Below, piece by piece: positions 8,849-17,909 of a stretch of 64,000 bases of DNA. The stretch's first letter is position 1. Each line of letters begins with the position of its first letter. Under the pieces are notes generated by a model, which saw only the letters and a list, made by a program, of their open reading frames with translations, made no database searches and was not told the DNA's origin. Source of the DNA: an uncultured delta proteobacterium (GTDB lineage: Bacteria; Myxococcota; Myxococcia; Myxococcales; Anaeromyxobacteraceae); NCBI GenBank assembly GCA_963814585.1, contig CAWFDF010000012.1:1-64000 (forward strand), written 5' to 3'. The translations under genes and the position numbers were made by a program.

Positions 8849-9867
8849 GCCGCCTCCGGGCCGACCCGCCAGAGCGCGTCGGAGAACCAGCGCCGCTCGT
8901 CATGGAAGCGCTCCACCTCCTCGAAGCCTGCCTCCTGGGCCAGCGCCGCGATCTGGGCCTCGGTGTACTTCCAGGAGATCTCGGTCTGGATGGCCTCGCC
9001 CTCGCGGAACTCGAAGCGCTGGCCCGCGACGTGGACGACCTGCCGTCGCCGGGAGACGAGCCAGCTCTCCATGGCCGGCCGACCCGCATCAAAGGTGGCC
9101 CGGTGCTCGAAGTCCGAGAGGTCGAAGTCGGCGCCCAGCTCGCGGTTGACGCGGGAGAGCAGGTTCAGGTTGAAGGCCGCAGTCACGCCCTCCGGGTCGT
9201 CATAGGCGCCCCGGAGCAGGCCCTCGGGCTTGAGGAGATCGAAGCCGACCATCAGGTGGTCGCCGGGCCGGAGCGCCCGCCGCAGCGACCTCAGCAGCGC
9301 CAGCGCCGCCGTCCACTCCAGGTTGCCGATGTTGCTGCCGAGCAGGAGCGCCAGCAGCGGCGCGGTGCCGCTGGTGTGCGACGCCCGAGCCAGCCCGTCC
9401 ACGTAGTCACCGTGCACGGGCCGCACCTCGAGCGCCGGCCAGGAGGCCCGCAGGTGCTCAGACGCCGCCTCGAGCGCCGTGGCCGACACGTCGACCGGGA
9501 CGTAGACCGCCGCTGGCGACCGCCGAAGGGCAGCGTCCATGATCAGCCTGGTCTTGGTGCCGTCACCGGCGCCGAGATCGACGACGGACGACGGTCCGCT
9601 GGCGAGCAGCGCCACCATCGCGTTGGCGTGGCGCTCGATGATGCCGGTCTCGATCCGCGTCGGGTAGTAGCCGGGGAGCCTCATGATCCGCTCGAAGAGG
9701 CGGCTCCCCCAGGCGTCATAGAACCAGACCGACGGGATGGCCCGGAGTGGCAGCGCCAACCCGGCCAGTACGTCACGGCGGAAGCGCTGGCGTGAGGTTT
9801 CGCCCGCGCTGACCGCGTCTCGGCGTGTCGACCTGATCTCAGCGACGGCGGCTGGCGCGCTCGCCAT
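8845..9867 (-). CDS. egtD: L-histidine N(alpha)-methyltransferase EgtD
   Basis: WFYDAWGSRLFERI..YYPTR, DLGAGDGTKT, GSNIGN, AYDD.GVTAAFNLN, TEISWKY; coupled to egtB. Confidence 0.92.
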   Translation of the reverse strand: MASAPAAVAEIRSTRRDAVSAGETSRQRFRRDVLAGLALPLRAIPSVWFYDAWGSRLFERIMRLPGYYPTRIETGIIERHANAMVALLASGPSSVVDLGAGDGTKTRLIMDAALRRSPAAVYVPVDVSATALEAASEHLRASWPALEVRPVHGDYVDGLARASHTSGTAPLLALLLGSNIGNLEWTAALALLRSLRRALRPGDHLMVGFDLLKPEGLLRGAYDDPEGVTAAFNLNLLSRVNRELGADFDLSDFEHRATFDAGRPAMESWLVSRRRQVVHVAGQRFEFREGEAIQTEISWKYTEAQIAALAQEAGFEEVERFHDERRWFSDALWRVGPEAA

Positions 9868-9890
9868 GAACCCCTCCATGTCCTGGCCGG

Positions 9891-10175
9891 CTACCGCTCG
9901 ACGATGACGCCGTGCCAGAAGGCGATATAGCCGGCGATGCGACCGGCTGCCTCCTTGGGCGCCGGGTAGTACCAGGCCGCGTCGGCGTTCCGCTGCCCGC
10001 CGACCTCCACGTCATGGTAGCTGGCCTGCCCCTTCCAGCCGCACATGGTGTGGGTCTGGCTCTCGCGCAGGTACTCCGCCTTCACCGAGCCGGGAGGGAA
10101 GTAGACGTTCCCCTCCACCAGCTCGGTCTCGTCGCTCTCGGCCAGCACCGCACCGTTCCAGGTTGCCCGCGCCAT
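9891..10175 (-). CDS. DUF427 domain protein
   Basis: WNGAVLAES..VEGNVYFP..CGWKGQASY..AAWYYP; GAGGTGA RBS. Confidence 0.85.
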   Translation of the reverse strand: MARATWNGAVLAESDETELVEGNVYFPPGSVKAEYLRESQTHTMCGWKGQASYHDVEVGGQRNADAAWYYPAPKEAAGRIAGYIAFWHGVIVER

Positions 10176-10216
10176 GTGACTCACCTCCAGGTGCCACCAT
10201 GGCCCCTGGCGCGACG

Positions 10217-10242
10217 GACTCTCGGGATCGAACTCCATTGCA
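10217..10242 (-). promoter_or_regulatory. ECF-type promoter for DUF427-egtD-egtB
   Basis: TGCAAT-N15-GAGTC. Confidence 0.65.
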
Positions 10243-10316
10243 GGGATGACCCATCCGGGACGCCGTGCCGCGCGCCCGTTGGACCTTCGTTTCGCCGACG
10301 TTCTTCGTCCCGCCCA

Positions 10317-10342
10317 CGTAACGTCCCCGGTCCCCGGGAGTC
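10317..10342 (+). promoter_or_regulatory. ECF-type promoter for the VTT gene
   Basis: CGTAAC-N15-GAGTC. Confidence 0.7.
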
Positions 10343-10350
10343 GGATGAGC

Positions 10351-11076
10351 ATGGTGAACAGCAAAAAGGTCATCCTGCTCCTGGTCGTCGCCGCGGCCGT
10401 CGCCGCCTTCTTCGCCTTCGATCTCGGGCAGTACCTGAGCCTCGCCGCCATCAAGGAGCACCAGGCGGATCTCGGGGCGCTGTACGCCGGGCATCCGCTG
10501 CTGGTGCTGGGGCTCTTCTTCGCCGCCTACGTCGCCGTCACCGCCCTCTCGCTCCCGGGCGCCGCGATCATGACCCTGGCGGCCGGAGCCATCTTCGGCC
10601 TGGTCGCCGGCACGGTGCTCGCCTCCTTCGCCTCCAGCATCGGCGCCACCCTCGCCTTCCTCTCGTCCCGCTACCTGCTGCGCGACAGTGTGCAGCGCCG
10701 CTTCGGCGCCCGCCTGGCCGACGTGAACGCCGGCGTGGCTCGCGACGGCGCTTTCTACCTGTTCTCCATGCGGCTGGTTCCCCTCATTCCCTTCTTCGTC
10801 GTCAACCTGGTCATGGGGCTCACCGGGATGCGCGCAACCAGCTTCTACCTGGTGAGCCAGGTCGGGATGCTGGCCGGCACGCTGGTCTACGTGAATGCCG
10901 GCACCCAGCTCTCGAAGCTCGACTCGCTCCGCGGCATCCTCTCCCCTGGCCTGCTGATTTCGTTCGTGCTGCTCGGGCTCTTCCCCATCGTCGCCAGGAA
11001 GATCGCGGAGGCCCTCCAGCGGCGGCGAGCACGCGGCGCGGTCGTCGCCGAGCCGCAGGTCCCGAAGGTGGGTTAG
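10351..11076 (+). CDS. TVP38/TMEM64 (VTT, DedA superfamily) membrane protein
   Basis: LSLPGAAIMTLAAGAIFG, SIGATLAF, MRLVPLIPFFVVN motifs. Start could also be ATG 10345. Confidence 0.88.
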   Translation: MVNSKKVILLLVVAAAVAAFFAFDLGQYLSLAAIKEHQADLGALYAGHPLLVLGLFFAAYVAVTALSLPGAAIMTLAAGAIFGLVAGTVLASFASSIGATLAFLSSRYLLRDSVQRRFGARLADVNAGVARDGAFYLFSMRLVPLIPFFVVNLVMGLTGMRATSFYLVSQVGMLAGTLVYVNAGTQLSKLDSLRGILSPGLLISFVLLGLFPIVARKIAEALQRRRARGAVVAEPQVPKVG

Positions 11077-11162
11077 GGCCACCCCCGATGGGTGCCGGTG
11101 AAATCCCCGGCAACGCCGGGACCTCCGTAGCTGACGCACACACACGAACTCGAGGACTGACC

Positions 11163-11751
11163 ATGTCAAACGCCTATCGAATCACCCTCCCCGCAGTCGA
11201 CGTCGCCACGGCAGTCCCGCGCGTGAAGGAGCCGCTCGAGGCGGCCCAGAAGCGCATGGGGATGATCCCGAACATGTACACCCGCATGGCCCAGTCGCCT
11301 GGAGCGCTGGAGACCTACATCTATGGCTACGACCGGTTCCGCAAGGACTCGGGCTTCACGCCCGCGGAGCAGGAGGTGGTCCTCCTCGCCATCAGCGCTG
11401 AGAACGGCTGCGAGTACTGCGTGGCGGCCCACAGCACGCTCGCCGACGGCCCGTCAAAGGTCGCGCGCGACGTGACCGACGCCATCCGCGCGGGGACCAC
11501 CATCTCCGAGCCCAGGCTCCGCGCCCTGGCCGAGCTCACCCGGGACATCGTGAGCACCCGCGGCCGCCCCACCGAGGACTCCGTCAAGCGCTTCCTCGGC
11601 GCCGGCTACACCGAGAACCAGGTCCTCGAGAATCATCCTGGCGGTATCGGTGAAGACCATCAGCAACTACGTGAACCACCTGTTCGACACGCCCGTGGAC
11701 GCCCCCTTCAAGGCCCGGGAGTGGAAGCGGCGAGTCGCGTCGGCGGCGTGA
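11163..11751 (+). CDS. Carboxymuconolactone decarboxylase/AhpD-family protein with a +1 frameshift near 11631
   Basis: MIPNMY..ENGCEYCVAAH. Removing one A in GAG-A-ATC restores VLEIILAVSVKTISNYVNH to TGA 11751. Confidence 0.8.
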
Positions 11752-11769
11752 TGGCCCGTGGCGGCGGGC

Positions 11770-11795
11770 TGTAATGCCCGCCCGCCTCGCGGGTC
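11770..11795 (+). promoter_or_regulatory. ECF-type promoter for arsM-PiT
   Basis: TGTAAT-N15-GGGTC. Confidence 0.7.
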
Positions 11796-11856
11796 CAACT
11801 CCTCAGGGCACCCGGACATCCTTCCGGCCCGCCGATCGCCAAGGAGTCGCCAGCCG

Positions 11857-12903
11857 ATGCACGACCTCGTCAAGAACTACTACGGACGTCAGCTCAAGAC
11901 CTCCGACGACCTCAAGACCTCGGCCTGCTGTGACGCCTCGAACGCCCCAGCCTGGCTCAAGCCGCTCCTCTCCCGCATCCACCCCGAGGTCCTCAGCCGC
12001 TACTACGGCTGCGGGCTGGTCGCCCCCACCCAGCTCGACGGGCTGCGGGTTCTCGACCTCGGCAGCGGCTCGGGGCGCGACGTCTATGCCCTGGCCCAGC
12101 TGGTCGGCGAACGCGGCGAGGTGACCGGCGTGGACATGACCGACGAGCAGCTCGAGGTGGCGCGGCGGCACCAAGCCTACCACCGGGAGGCATTCGGGTA
12201 CGACCGCGAGAACGTGCGCTTCCTCCACGGCTACATCGAGCAGCTCGACGAGCTCGGGCTCGAGCCCGGCAGCCTCGACGTCATCGTCTCCAACTGCGTG
12301 GTCAACCTCTCACCGGACAAGGAGGCGGTGCTGCGCGGCGTCCACCGGCTGCTCAAGCCCGGGGGTGAGTTCTACTTCTCCGACGTCTACGCCAATCGGC
12401 GCGTGCCCAACGCCGTGCGCAACGACCCGGTGCTCTATGGCGAGTGCCTGGGTGGGGCGCTCTACTGGAACGACTTCCTCGAGCTGGCGCGGCGCGCCGG
12501 CTTCGCCGACCCCCGCCTGGTCGAGGACCGGCCGCTCGAGATCACCGATCCGGCGCTGGCCGAGCGGGTCGGGAACCTTCGCTTCTTCTCCGCCACCTAC
12601 CGGCTCTTCAAGCTGGAGGGGCTCGAGACCGACTGCGAGGACTACGGCCAGGCCGTCGTCTACCGCGGCACGCTCCCCCAGCAGCCCCACCGGTTCGTGC
12701 TCGACAAGCACCACGACATCGAGGCCGGTCGGGTCTTCCCGGTCTGCGGGAACACCTGGCGCATGCTCCACGACACCCGCTTCCGCGAGCACTTCGACTT
12801 CATCGGCAGCTTCGGCCGCCACCTCGGTATCTTCGAGGGGTGCGGCACCGGGCTGCCGTTCGAGCCCGAGCGGAAGGCTGATCTGGCGAGCGGGTGCTGC
12901 TGA
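11857..12903 (+). CDS. arsM: Arsenite S-adenosylmethionine methyltransferase (ArsM/AS3MT-like)
   Basis: LKTSACC, RYYGCG, VLDLGSGSGRD, VSNCVVNL, GECLGGAL, C-terminal GCC; AAGGAG RBS. Confidence 0.88.
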   Translation: MHDLVKNYYGRQLKTSDDLKTSACCDASNAPAWLKPLLSRIHPEVLSRYYGCGLVAPTQLDGLRVLDLGSGSGRDVYALAQLVGERGEVTGVDMTDEQLEVARRHQAYHREAFGYDRENVRFLHGYIEQLDELGLEPGSLDVIVSNCVVNLSPDKEAVLRGVHRLLKPGGEFYFSDVYANRRVPNAVRNDPVLYGECLGGALYWNDFLELARRAGFADPRLVEDRPLEITDPALAERVGNLRFFSATYRLFKLEGLETDCEDYGQAVVYRGTLPQQPHRFVLDKHHDIEAGRVFPVCGNTWRMLHDTRFREHFDFIGSFGRHLGIFEGCGTGLPFEPERKADLASGCC

Positions 12904-14027
12904 TGCTGCCCCTCCTCGTGGTCTCCGTGGTCGCTGCCCTGGCATTCGCCAATGGTGCCAACGACGTCTCCAAGGGGATCGCGCCGCTGGTCGGCAGCGG
13001 CGTGGCCGGGTACCGCCCCGCCATCGCCTGGGGCACGGCCTGGACCGCGGCTGGCGCGGTGCTGGGCGCCGCCTTCGCCGGTGCGATGCTGGCCACCTTC
13101 GGCAAGGGGCTGCTCGCTCCGGGTGTGACGCCGAGTCTCGGAGCCGCCTTCGCAGCCCTCTTCGGCGCCGCGGCCTGGGTGGCCCTGGCCACCCGGACCG
13201 GGCTGCCGGTCTCCACGACCCACGCCATCGTCGGTGCAATCATTGGGGCCACCGTGGCCTCACGCGGCATGGACGCCATCCGCTGGAGCTCGCTGGGCGG
13301 GAAGGTCGTGGTGCCCCTTCTGCTGAGCCCAGTCGTCGCCTTTGTCCTCACGGCCGTCCTGGCGCGCCTGCTTCGCGGGAACCGGTCCCCCCGTGCGGTC
13401 GGCGTCGACTGCCTCTGCGTCGAGGCGTCACCCGGCCTGGCACTCGCGGCGCGGCCTGGCCAGGCCGCGGCCTTGGCCAGCGGCGTCCACCTCCAGTTCA
13501 CCACGGGCCCGGTGGCCGAGTGCGCCGCCCATCGACCAGACGCTGCGCGCGCCACCCTCGGCCAACTGCAGTGGGTCAGCAGCGCGGCCACCAGCCTCGC
13601 CCGCGGCATGAACGACGCGCCCAAGATGGTGGCGCTTGGCCTAGCTGCCGCGGCACTCGGCGTTGCCGGAGCGGTCTCCCCCCCGGTCCTCTACGCCGCG
13701 GTGACGGCCGGGATGGTCGTGGGCGGCCTTCTCGCGGGGCGCAGGGTGACCACCCTTCTAGCCGAGAAGGTGACCGTGCTGGACACCTCGTCGGGCCTGG
13801 CCGCCAATGGGGTCACGGCCCTGCTGGTCGCGGCCGGCGCACTCTACGGCCTGCCCATGTCGACCACCCACGTGGCCTCGGGCGGAATCGCCGGTGTCGG
13901 GGCGGTGAGTGGCTCGGTCAACTGGGCGACGGTTCGCCAGATGGCCCTGGCCTGGGTGGTGACCCTTCCGGCTAGCGCAGCGCTGGCGGGCCTCGGCGAA
14001 CTCGCGGCCCGCGCCCTGGGCGCCTGA
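12903..14027 (+). CDS. PiT/Pho4-family anion (phosphate/sulfate) transporter
   Basis: ANGANDVSKGIA, GLPVSTTH, GMNDAPK, GLPMSTTH; TGATG coupling to arsM. Confidence 0.88.
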   Translation: MLPLLVVSVVAALAFANGANDVSKGIAPLVGSGVAGYRPAIAWGTAWTAAGAVLGAAFAGAMLATFGKGLLAPGVTPSLGAAFAALFGAAAWVALATRTGLPVSTTHAIVGAIIGATVASRGMDAIRWSSLGGKVVVPLLLSPVVAFVLTAVLARLLRGNRSPRAVGVDCLCVEASPGLALAARPGQAAALASGVHLQFTTGPVAECAAHRPDAARATLGQLQWVSSAATSLARGMNDAPKMVALGLAAAALGVAGAVSPPVLYAAVTAGMVVGGLLAGRRVTTLLAEKVTVLDTSSGLAANGVTALLVAAGALYGLPMSTTHVASGGIAGVGAVSGSVNWATVRQMALAWVVTLPASAALAGLGELAARALGA

Positions 14028-14384
14028 TCAGCGAGAGCCGAGCCAGGCCAGCGCCTCGGCCTCCGTGTCGAAGGCCTCGAGGTCCTTGCGACCCTGGAGC
14101 TTGAGGCCTTCCAGCAGCACCTTTCGGAATGGCGTCGCGCCGACCAGCGCCGACGCCCGCAAGAATGGCGCGTTGTGGGCCGAATAGCGCTTGATTGCCT
14201 CCGCGGCAACGCCGTCGAAGTGGGCGTTCACGATGGTCAATATCCGGATGGAGTCCTTCGGCTCCGCCGCGATCACCTTCATGGCGGTCTCCAGCGCGCC
14301 CGGGAGCTCCTTGGCGGAGAGGCCGGAGTAGTCCACTCGGAGGATCCGCTTCCCGCGGTGGTGGATGAAAGCCGACTGAGCCAT
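14028..14384 (-). CDS. Hypothetical protein (STAS/SpoIIAA-like fold possible)
   Basis: 118-aa ORF MAQSAFIHHRGKRILRVDYS...AFDTEAEALAWL. Confidence 0.6.
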   Translation of the reverse strand: MAQSAFIHHRGKRILRVDYSGLSAKELPGALETAMKVIAAEPKDSIRILTIVNAHFDGVAAEAIKRYSAHNAPFLRASALVGATPFRKVLLEGLKLQGRKDLEAFDTEAEALAWLGSR

Positions 14385-14463
14385 CTTGGTGGATGCTACC
14401 CTGCGTGGACCGCGCTGCAAGTCCCCCCCCAACGCCGCTCCCGTCCCGGTCGAGGAATCCACC

Positions 14464-14994
14464 ATGTCCTGGATCGCCCTTCCCGCCTCCTCGCTCCCGA
14501 ACGTCCTCGCCGCGCACGCTGGCACGCCGGACCTGCTCCGGACCCACCTGGCCTTCTACCGGCACGTCATGTTCGGCCAGAGCGGCCTCTCGCGCCGGGA
14601 GCGGGAGCTGGTGGACACGGCCGTCAGCGTCCAGAACCGCTGCTTCTATTGAACGGCCCACCACGGGCACGCCCTCCGTGACGAGGGCGCCAGCGACGAC
14701 GAGGTGACGGCGGTCTGCCGGGATCCGGTGGGCGGTGGCGCCACGGAGCGCGAGCGCGCCTTGCTCGGCTACGCCTCACGCCTCACCACGCTGGCGAACC
14801 CGATGACGGAGACCGACCTCGCTCCCTTGCTGGCAGCGGGCCTCCTCGATGACGACATCCGGGATCTCGCCCAGGTGGTCGGCTACTTCAACTACGTCAA
14901 CCGGCACGTGGAAGGACTCGGCGTGCAACTCGAACCGGACCACCCCGGGCGGCACTGGGCCGAGCTGGCCTTCCCTCGGCGCGACGTGCCCTGA
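14464..14994 (+). CDS. AhpD/CMD peroxidase-like selenoprotein, CxxU motif (Sec TGA at 14650-14652)
   Basis: ORFs 14386..14652 and 14704..14994 are in frame: SGLSRRERELVDTAVSVQNRCFY-U-TAHHG...YFNYVNRHVEGLG. GAGGA RBS; downstream hairpin. Confidence 0.9.
14670..14689 (+). promoter_or_regulatory. Candidate SECIS hairpin
   Basis: CGCCCTC-CGTGAC-GAGGGCG, 17 nt after the UGA, with GTG in the loop. Confidence 0.55.
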
Positions 14995-15008
14995 GCCGCC
15001 GTTCGCCA

Positions 15009-15785
15009 CTACCGACTGGCTCCAGACAAGGTGTCCAGCGCGGCGAGGACGTCGCCCGGCTCCGCCCGCTTCTTGTAGTCGGCGTCGAGGAAGGCGTAGG
15101 TGATCTTGCCGTCCCGGCCCACCACGTAGGTCGCCGAGAGTGGCAGCTCCGCCTTCCCGGTCCCGTAGTAGTTCTTCATGTCCATGCCGCGGCTCTGCAT
15201 CGCATCGGTCACGACACCGGGCACCTGGTACACTACGCCAAACTTGCGCGAGACCTGGTAGCCGGGGTCACTGAGGACCGTGAAGGTGGCTTCGGTCTTC
15301 TGGACCACCGCCGCCGTGCAATCCGGCGGCTCCCCCGAGATGGCCACCAGCGTCGCGCCCCGCTCGGCCAGCTTCGGCAGGTAGGCCTGCCAGGCATGCA
15401 GGTAGATGTTGCAGTAGGGGCACCAGGCGCCACGGTAGAAGACGATGACCACCGGCCCGCGCGCCAGGAGGTCGGCGCTGGTCACCTTGGCGCCTTTGGC
15501 GTCGCCCAGCGTGAAGGACGGGCAGGTGGCGCCCACGTTGAGCGCCGTCTTCAGCACCCCCGAGGCGGCAACCTCCTCGATCCCCTTGCGGCCAACCTCG
15601 ATCGCAGCGGGCGGCGCCTTCTCCGCGAAGGCCGCGGACTTGGCCTGGAGCTCCGCTTCAACGGGCCTACCAGTGGCGGTCGCGGCCGCAGGAGTGGCAT
15701 TCACGACGCGCGGCACGAGGATCGAGATGGCGAGCCCCAGGAAGAACGACGATCGAGTCAAGGCGGCGGAGACGCTGATTCCCAT
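15009..15785 (-). CDS. Exported peroxiredoxin-like (AhpC/TSA) protein
   Basis: Signal peptide; VFYRGAWCPYC; ELPLSATYVV..DADYKKRAEP. Confidence 0.85.
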   Translation of the reverse strand: MGISVSAALTRSSFFLGLAISILVPRVVNATPAAATATGRPVEAELQAKSAAFAEKAPPAAIEVGRKGIEEVAASGVLKTALNVGATCPSFTLGDAKGAKVTSADLLARGPVVIVFYRGAWCPYCNIYLHAWQAYLPKLAERGATLVAISGEPPDCTAAVVQKTEATFTVLSDPGYQVSRKFGVVYQVPGVVTDAMQSRGMDMKNYYGTGKAELPLSATYVVGRDGKITYAFLDADYKKRAEPGDVLAALDTLSGASR

Positions 15786-15793
15786 GGAACCTC

Positions 15794-16648
15794 CTACTTC
15801 GATCGTGTCGTTCCCTCGAGTGCCTGCCTCGCCGGCGGCGCCGGCCTGAGCCTGCAGCGGTCGGCTTTCACCGGGATCCGGTCGGCCACCGCCACGACCC
15901 AGCCCTCCTGGAGCCAGCTCGACAGCGCTGCGTGCGCCGCGGCCGCCGGGTCCTCCCGGTCGGCAAAAGCGGCGCAGATGACGGCCAGCGAGTCACCGGA
16001 GGCCGCCCCTTCGAGCGCCACCGCCTCGTCGAGCGAGAGCGCGCCGTGGAACACCTCGAAGCCGCTCCTCCAGACGGCGACCGTCGAGGTGCCTGCCACG
16101 GGAGTTTCGGGCTTCTCGCCGTCCTCGAGCCGGCGCCAGAGCGGCGCGGCGGCGTGGTCCAGGACCAGGACGCGCAGGGCCGGGGAGAGCACCACGCCGG
16201 TGCGCGCGAAAGCCTCTCCGTCGAGCCCGGTGAATGCCTTTGGACCGGCCGGCTTTACCGCTGGCGCGAAGAAGACCTCGTGCCGGGCCCACTCCAGCTC
16301 GGCGAGGTCGGCCAGGTCCGGCCGCTCCGGGTCGGGGTACTCGCGCAGGAATGCGGCCAACCGGCGCCCCACCTGCCCCACGTCGTGGTGCTCGGAGGGA
16401 TGGCGCCGCAGGTAGTCCTCGGCCAGCCCGGCGAAGGTCTCGTCTCCCAGGAAGCGGACCAGGTTCGGGAAGGTCTCCCGCAGCGCCTCGATGAGGCGCC
16501 ACAGGTACATGCTGGCGTAGATGGCGACCCGCTCGACGGCCGGGTGTTCCGGCGTGCCAGCGAAGCAGGCGTCGATCCGGTCTGCCGCGACGGGCTCGGC
16601 GCTGGTGAGCACCTCGTGGAAGAGGGCCTGGATCTCGGCGAGGGTCAT
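15794..16648 (-). CDS. DUF2063/HvfC/BufC-like MNIO partner protein
   Basis: MTLAEIQALF..RVAIYASMY..LRETFP..ADLAELEWAR; overlaps the DUF692 stop (ATGA). Confidence 0.85.
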   Translation of the reverse strand: MTLAEIQALFHEVLTSAEPVAADRIDACFAGTPEHPAVERVAIYASMYLWRLIEALRETFPNLVRFLGDETFAGLAEDYLRRHPSEHHDVGQVGRRLAAFLREYPDPERPDLADLAELEWARHEVFFAPAVKPAGPKAFTGLDGEAFARTGVVLSPALRVLVLDHAAAPLWRRLEDGEKPETPVAGTSTVAVWRSGFEVFHGALSLDEAVALEGAASGDSLAVICAAFADREDPAAAAHAALSSWLQEGWVVAVADRIPVKADRCRLRPAPPARQALEGTTRSK

Positions 16649-17496
16649 GACGCCAGCCTCCGGGCCGCCGGCCCGAGCTCCTCGGCCTCCACTTCGGCGG
16701 CGCGCCGGCTCTCCGCCACCACCTCGGCCAGCGGCGGGATGGCATCGTCCCACTCGACCAGCGTCGGCACCCGGCCGAAGCGGCGCAGGGCCTCGCGGTA
16801 GAGTGCCCATACCGGCGCCGGCACGGCGTGGTCGTGGCTGTCGAGGAGGTACTTCCCCTTGTCGCTGTGTCCGGCCAGGTGGAAGTAGCCGACCCGGTCG
16901 GCCGGGATGCCGCGCAGGTACTCGAGCGGGTCGAAGCCGAAGTTATGGGCGCTGACGTAGACGTTGTTGACGTCGAGCAGGATGCCGCAGCCCGATCGGC
17001 GGGCCAGCTCGGCGAGGAACTCCCACTCGGTCAGCGTGGAGTCCTTGAAGGAGACGTAGGACGAGGGGTTTTCCAGCAACAGCTGGCGTCCGAGCCGCTC
17101 CTGGACTTGCTGCACCCGCGAGGTCACGTGGGCCAGCGACTCCTCGGTGTAGGGGAGCGGGAGGAGGTCGTGGACATACTGGCCGCGGTGCGTCCCCCAG
17201 CAAAGGTGGTCAGACACCAGGGCCGGCTCGACCCGCTTGACGATGGTGGCCAGCTCGGCCAGGTACCGCTCCGGGATCGGATCGACCGAGCCGATGGAGA
17301 GCGAGACGCCGTGCAGGACCACCGGCACCTCGGCCCGCACCTTCTCGAGCACCGAGATGGGCCGGCCCCCGGGAGCCATGAAGTTCTCGGTCACCGCCTC
17401 GACCCAGTCGACCGGCGGGCGCTCGGCCATGAACTGCGCGAAGTGCTTGGTGCGCAGGCCGATGCCGTGTCCGAGGTCGAGGCGTGGGGAGGTCAT
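16645..17496 (-). CDS. DUF692 multinuclear non-heme iron oxidative enzyme (MNIO, BufB-like)
   Basis: GIGLR, ENFM, HGVSLSIG, SDHLCW, DLLPLP, LENPSSY, LLDVNN, HLAGH, DSH, EWDD. Confidence 0.93.
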   Translation of the reverse strand: MTSPRLDLGHGIGLRTKHFAQFMAERPPVDWVEAVTENFMAPGGRPISVLEKVRAEVPVVLHGVSLSIGSVDPIPERYLAELATIVKRVEPALVSDHLCWGTHRGQYVHDLLPLPYTEESLAHVTSRVQQVQERLGRQLLLENPSSYVSFKDSTLTEWEFLAELARRSGCGILLDVNNVYVSAHNFGFDPLEYLRGIPADRVGYFHLAGHSDKGKYLLDSHDHAVPAPVWALYREALRRFGRVPTLVEWDDAIPPLAEVVAESRRAAEVEAEELGPAARRLAS

Positions 17497-17553
17497 GGTT
17501 GAATCCCGGGGCCGGCCCGCAGGCCGGTCCCGGGCTCCGGTGCTGGTCATCAG

Positions 17554-17826
17554 CTACATCTTGGCGACGACGACCTTGCCACCCTTGTCGGTGCACTCCT
17601 TGGCGGTCTTGGTCTCCACCCAGCCCTTGCCCTTGCAGCTGTTCTGGGCCTTGCAGGAGTTGTCGGCGCCAGCGCAGCTGCCCTGCCCCTTGCAGCCGTT
17701 GATGCCGCCGCAGTTCACGGTCTTGGGGGCCTCCTTGGTCTTGTCGCTGGCCTGGGCGGCCCCGGCGGCGAACATCGAGCAGACGGCGGCGGCGACGACG
17801 GCACCCTTCATGGCTTCACGGATCAT
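17554..17826 (-). CDS. Signal-peptide-bearing Cys-rich RiPP precursor (bufferin BufA2-like)
   Basis: AQA signal cleavage site, then CGGINGCKGQGSC..NSCKAQNSCKGKGW..ECTDKGG; lies directly upstream of the MNIO gene. Confidence 0.85.
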   Translation of the reverse strand: MIREAMKGAVVAAAVCSMFAAGAAQASDKTKEAPKTVNCGGINGCKGQGSCAGADNSCKAQNSCKGKGWVETKTAKECTDKGGKVVVAKM

Positions 17827-17840
17827 GGTGTTCCCCTTCG

Positions 17841-17890
17841 TTGGACTGCGTTGAACTTCTTTGAATTGCGTTGGACGGCGTTGGACTTCG
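17841..17890. repeat. Five imperfect 10-bp tandem repeats upstream of the RiPP precursor RBS
   Basis: ttggactgcg/ttgaacttct/ttgaattgcg/ttggacggcg/ttggacttcg. Confidence 0.75.
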
Positions 17891-17909
17891 GGTTTGACGA
17901 CAACTGGGG

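Noticed and set aside
9912..11774. 620-aa ORF spanning the DUF427, VTT and CMD region
   Set aside because: Only the part from ATG 11163 is protein-like; the rest overlaps real genes in other frames.
12895..12909. TGC TGC TGA TGC TGC at the end of arsM as a possible Sec read-through (CCUCC)
   Set aside because: The TGA overlaps the ATG of the PiT gene (TGATG coupling), a terminal CC is normal for ArsM, and the read-through frame is not protein-like.
17841..17890. CRISPR array
   Set aside because: Ten-bp degenerate units without spacers and no cas genes; no CRISPR array was seen anywhere in the window.
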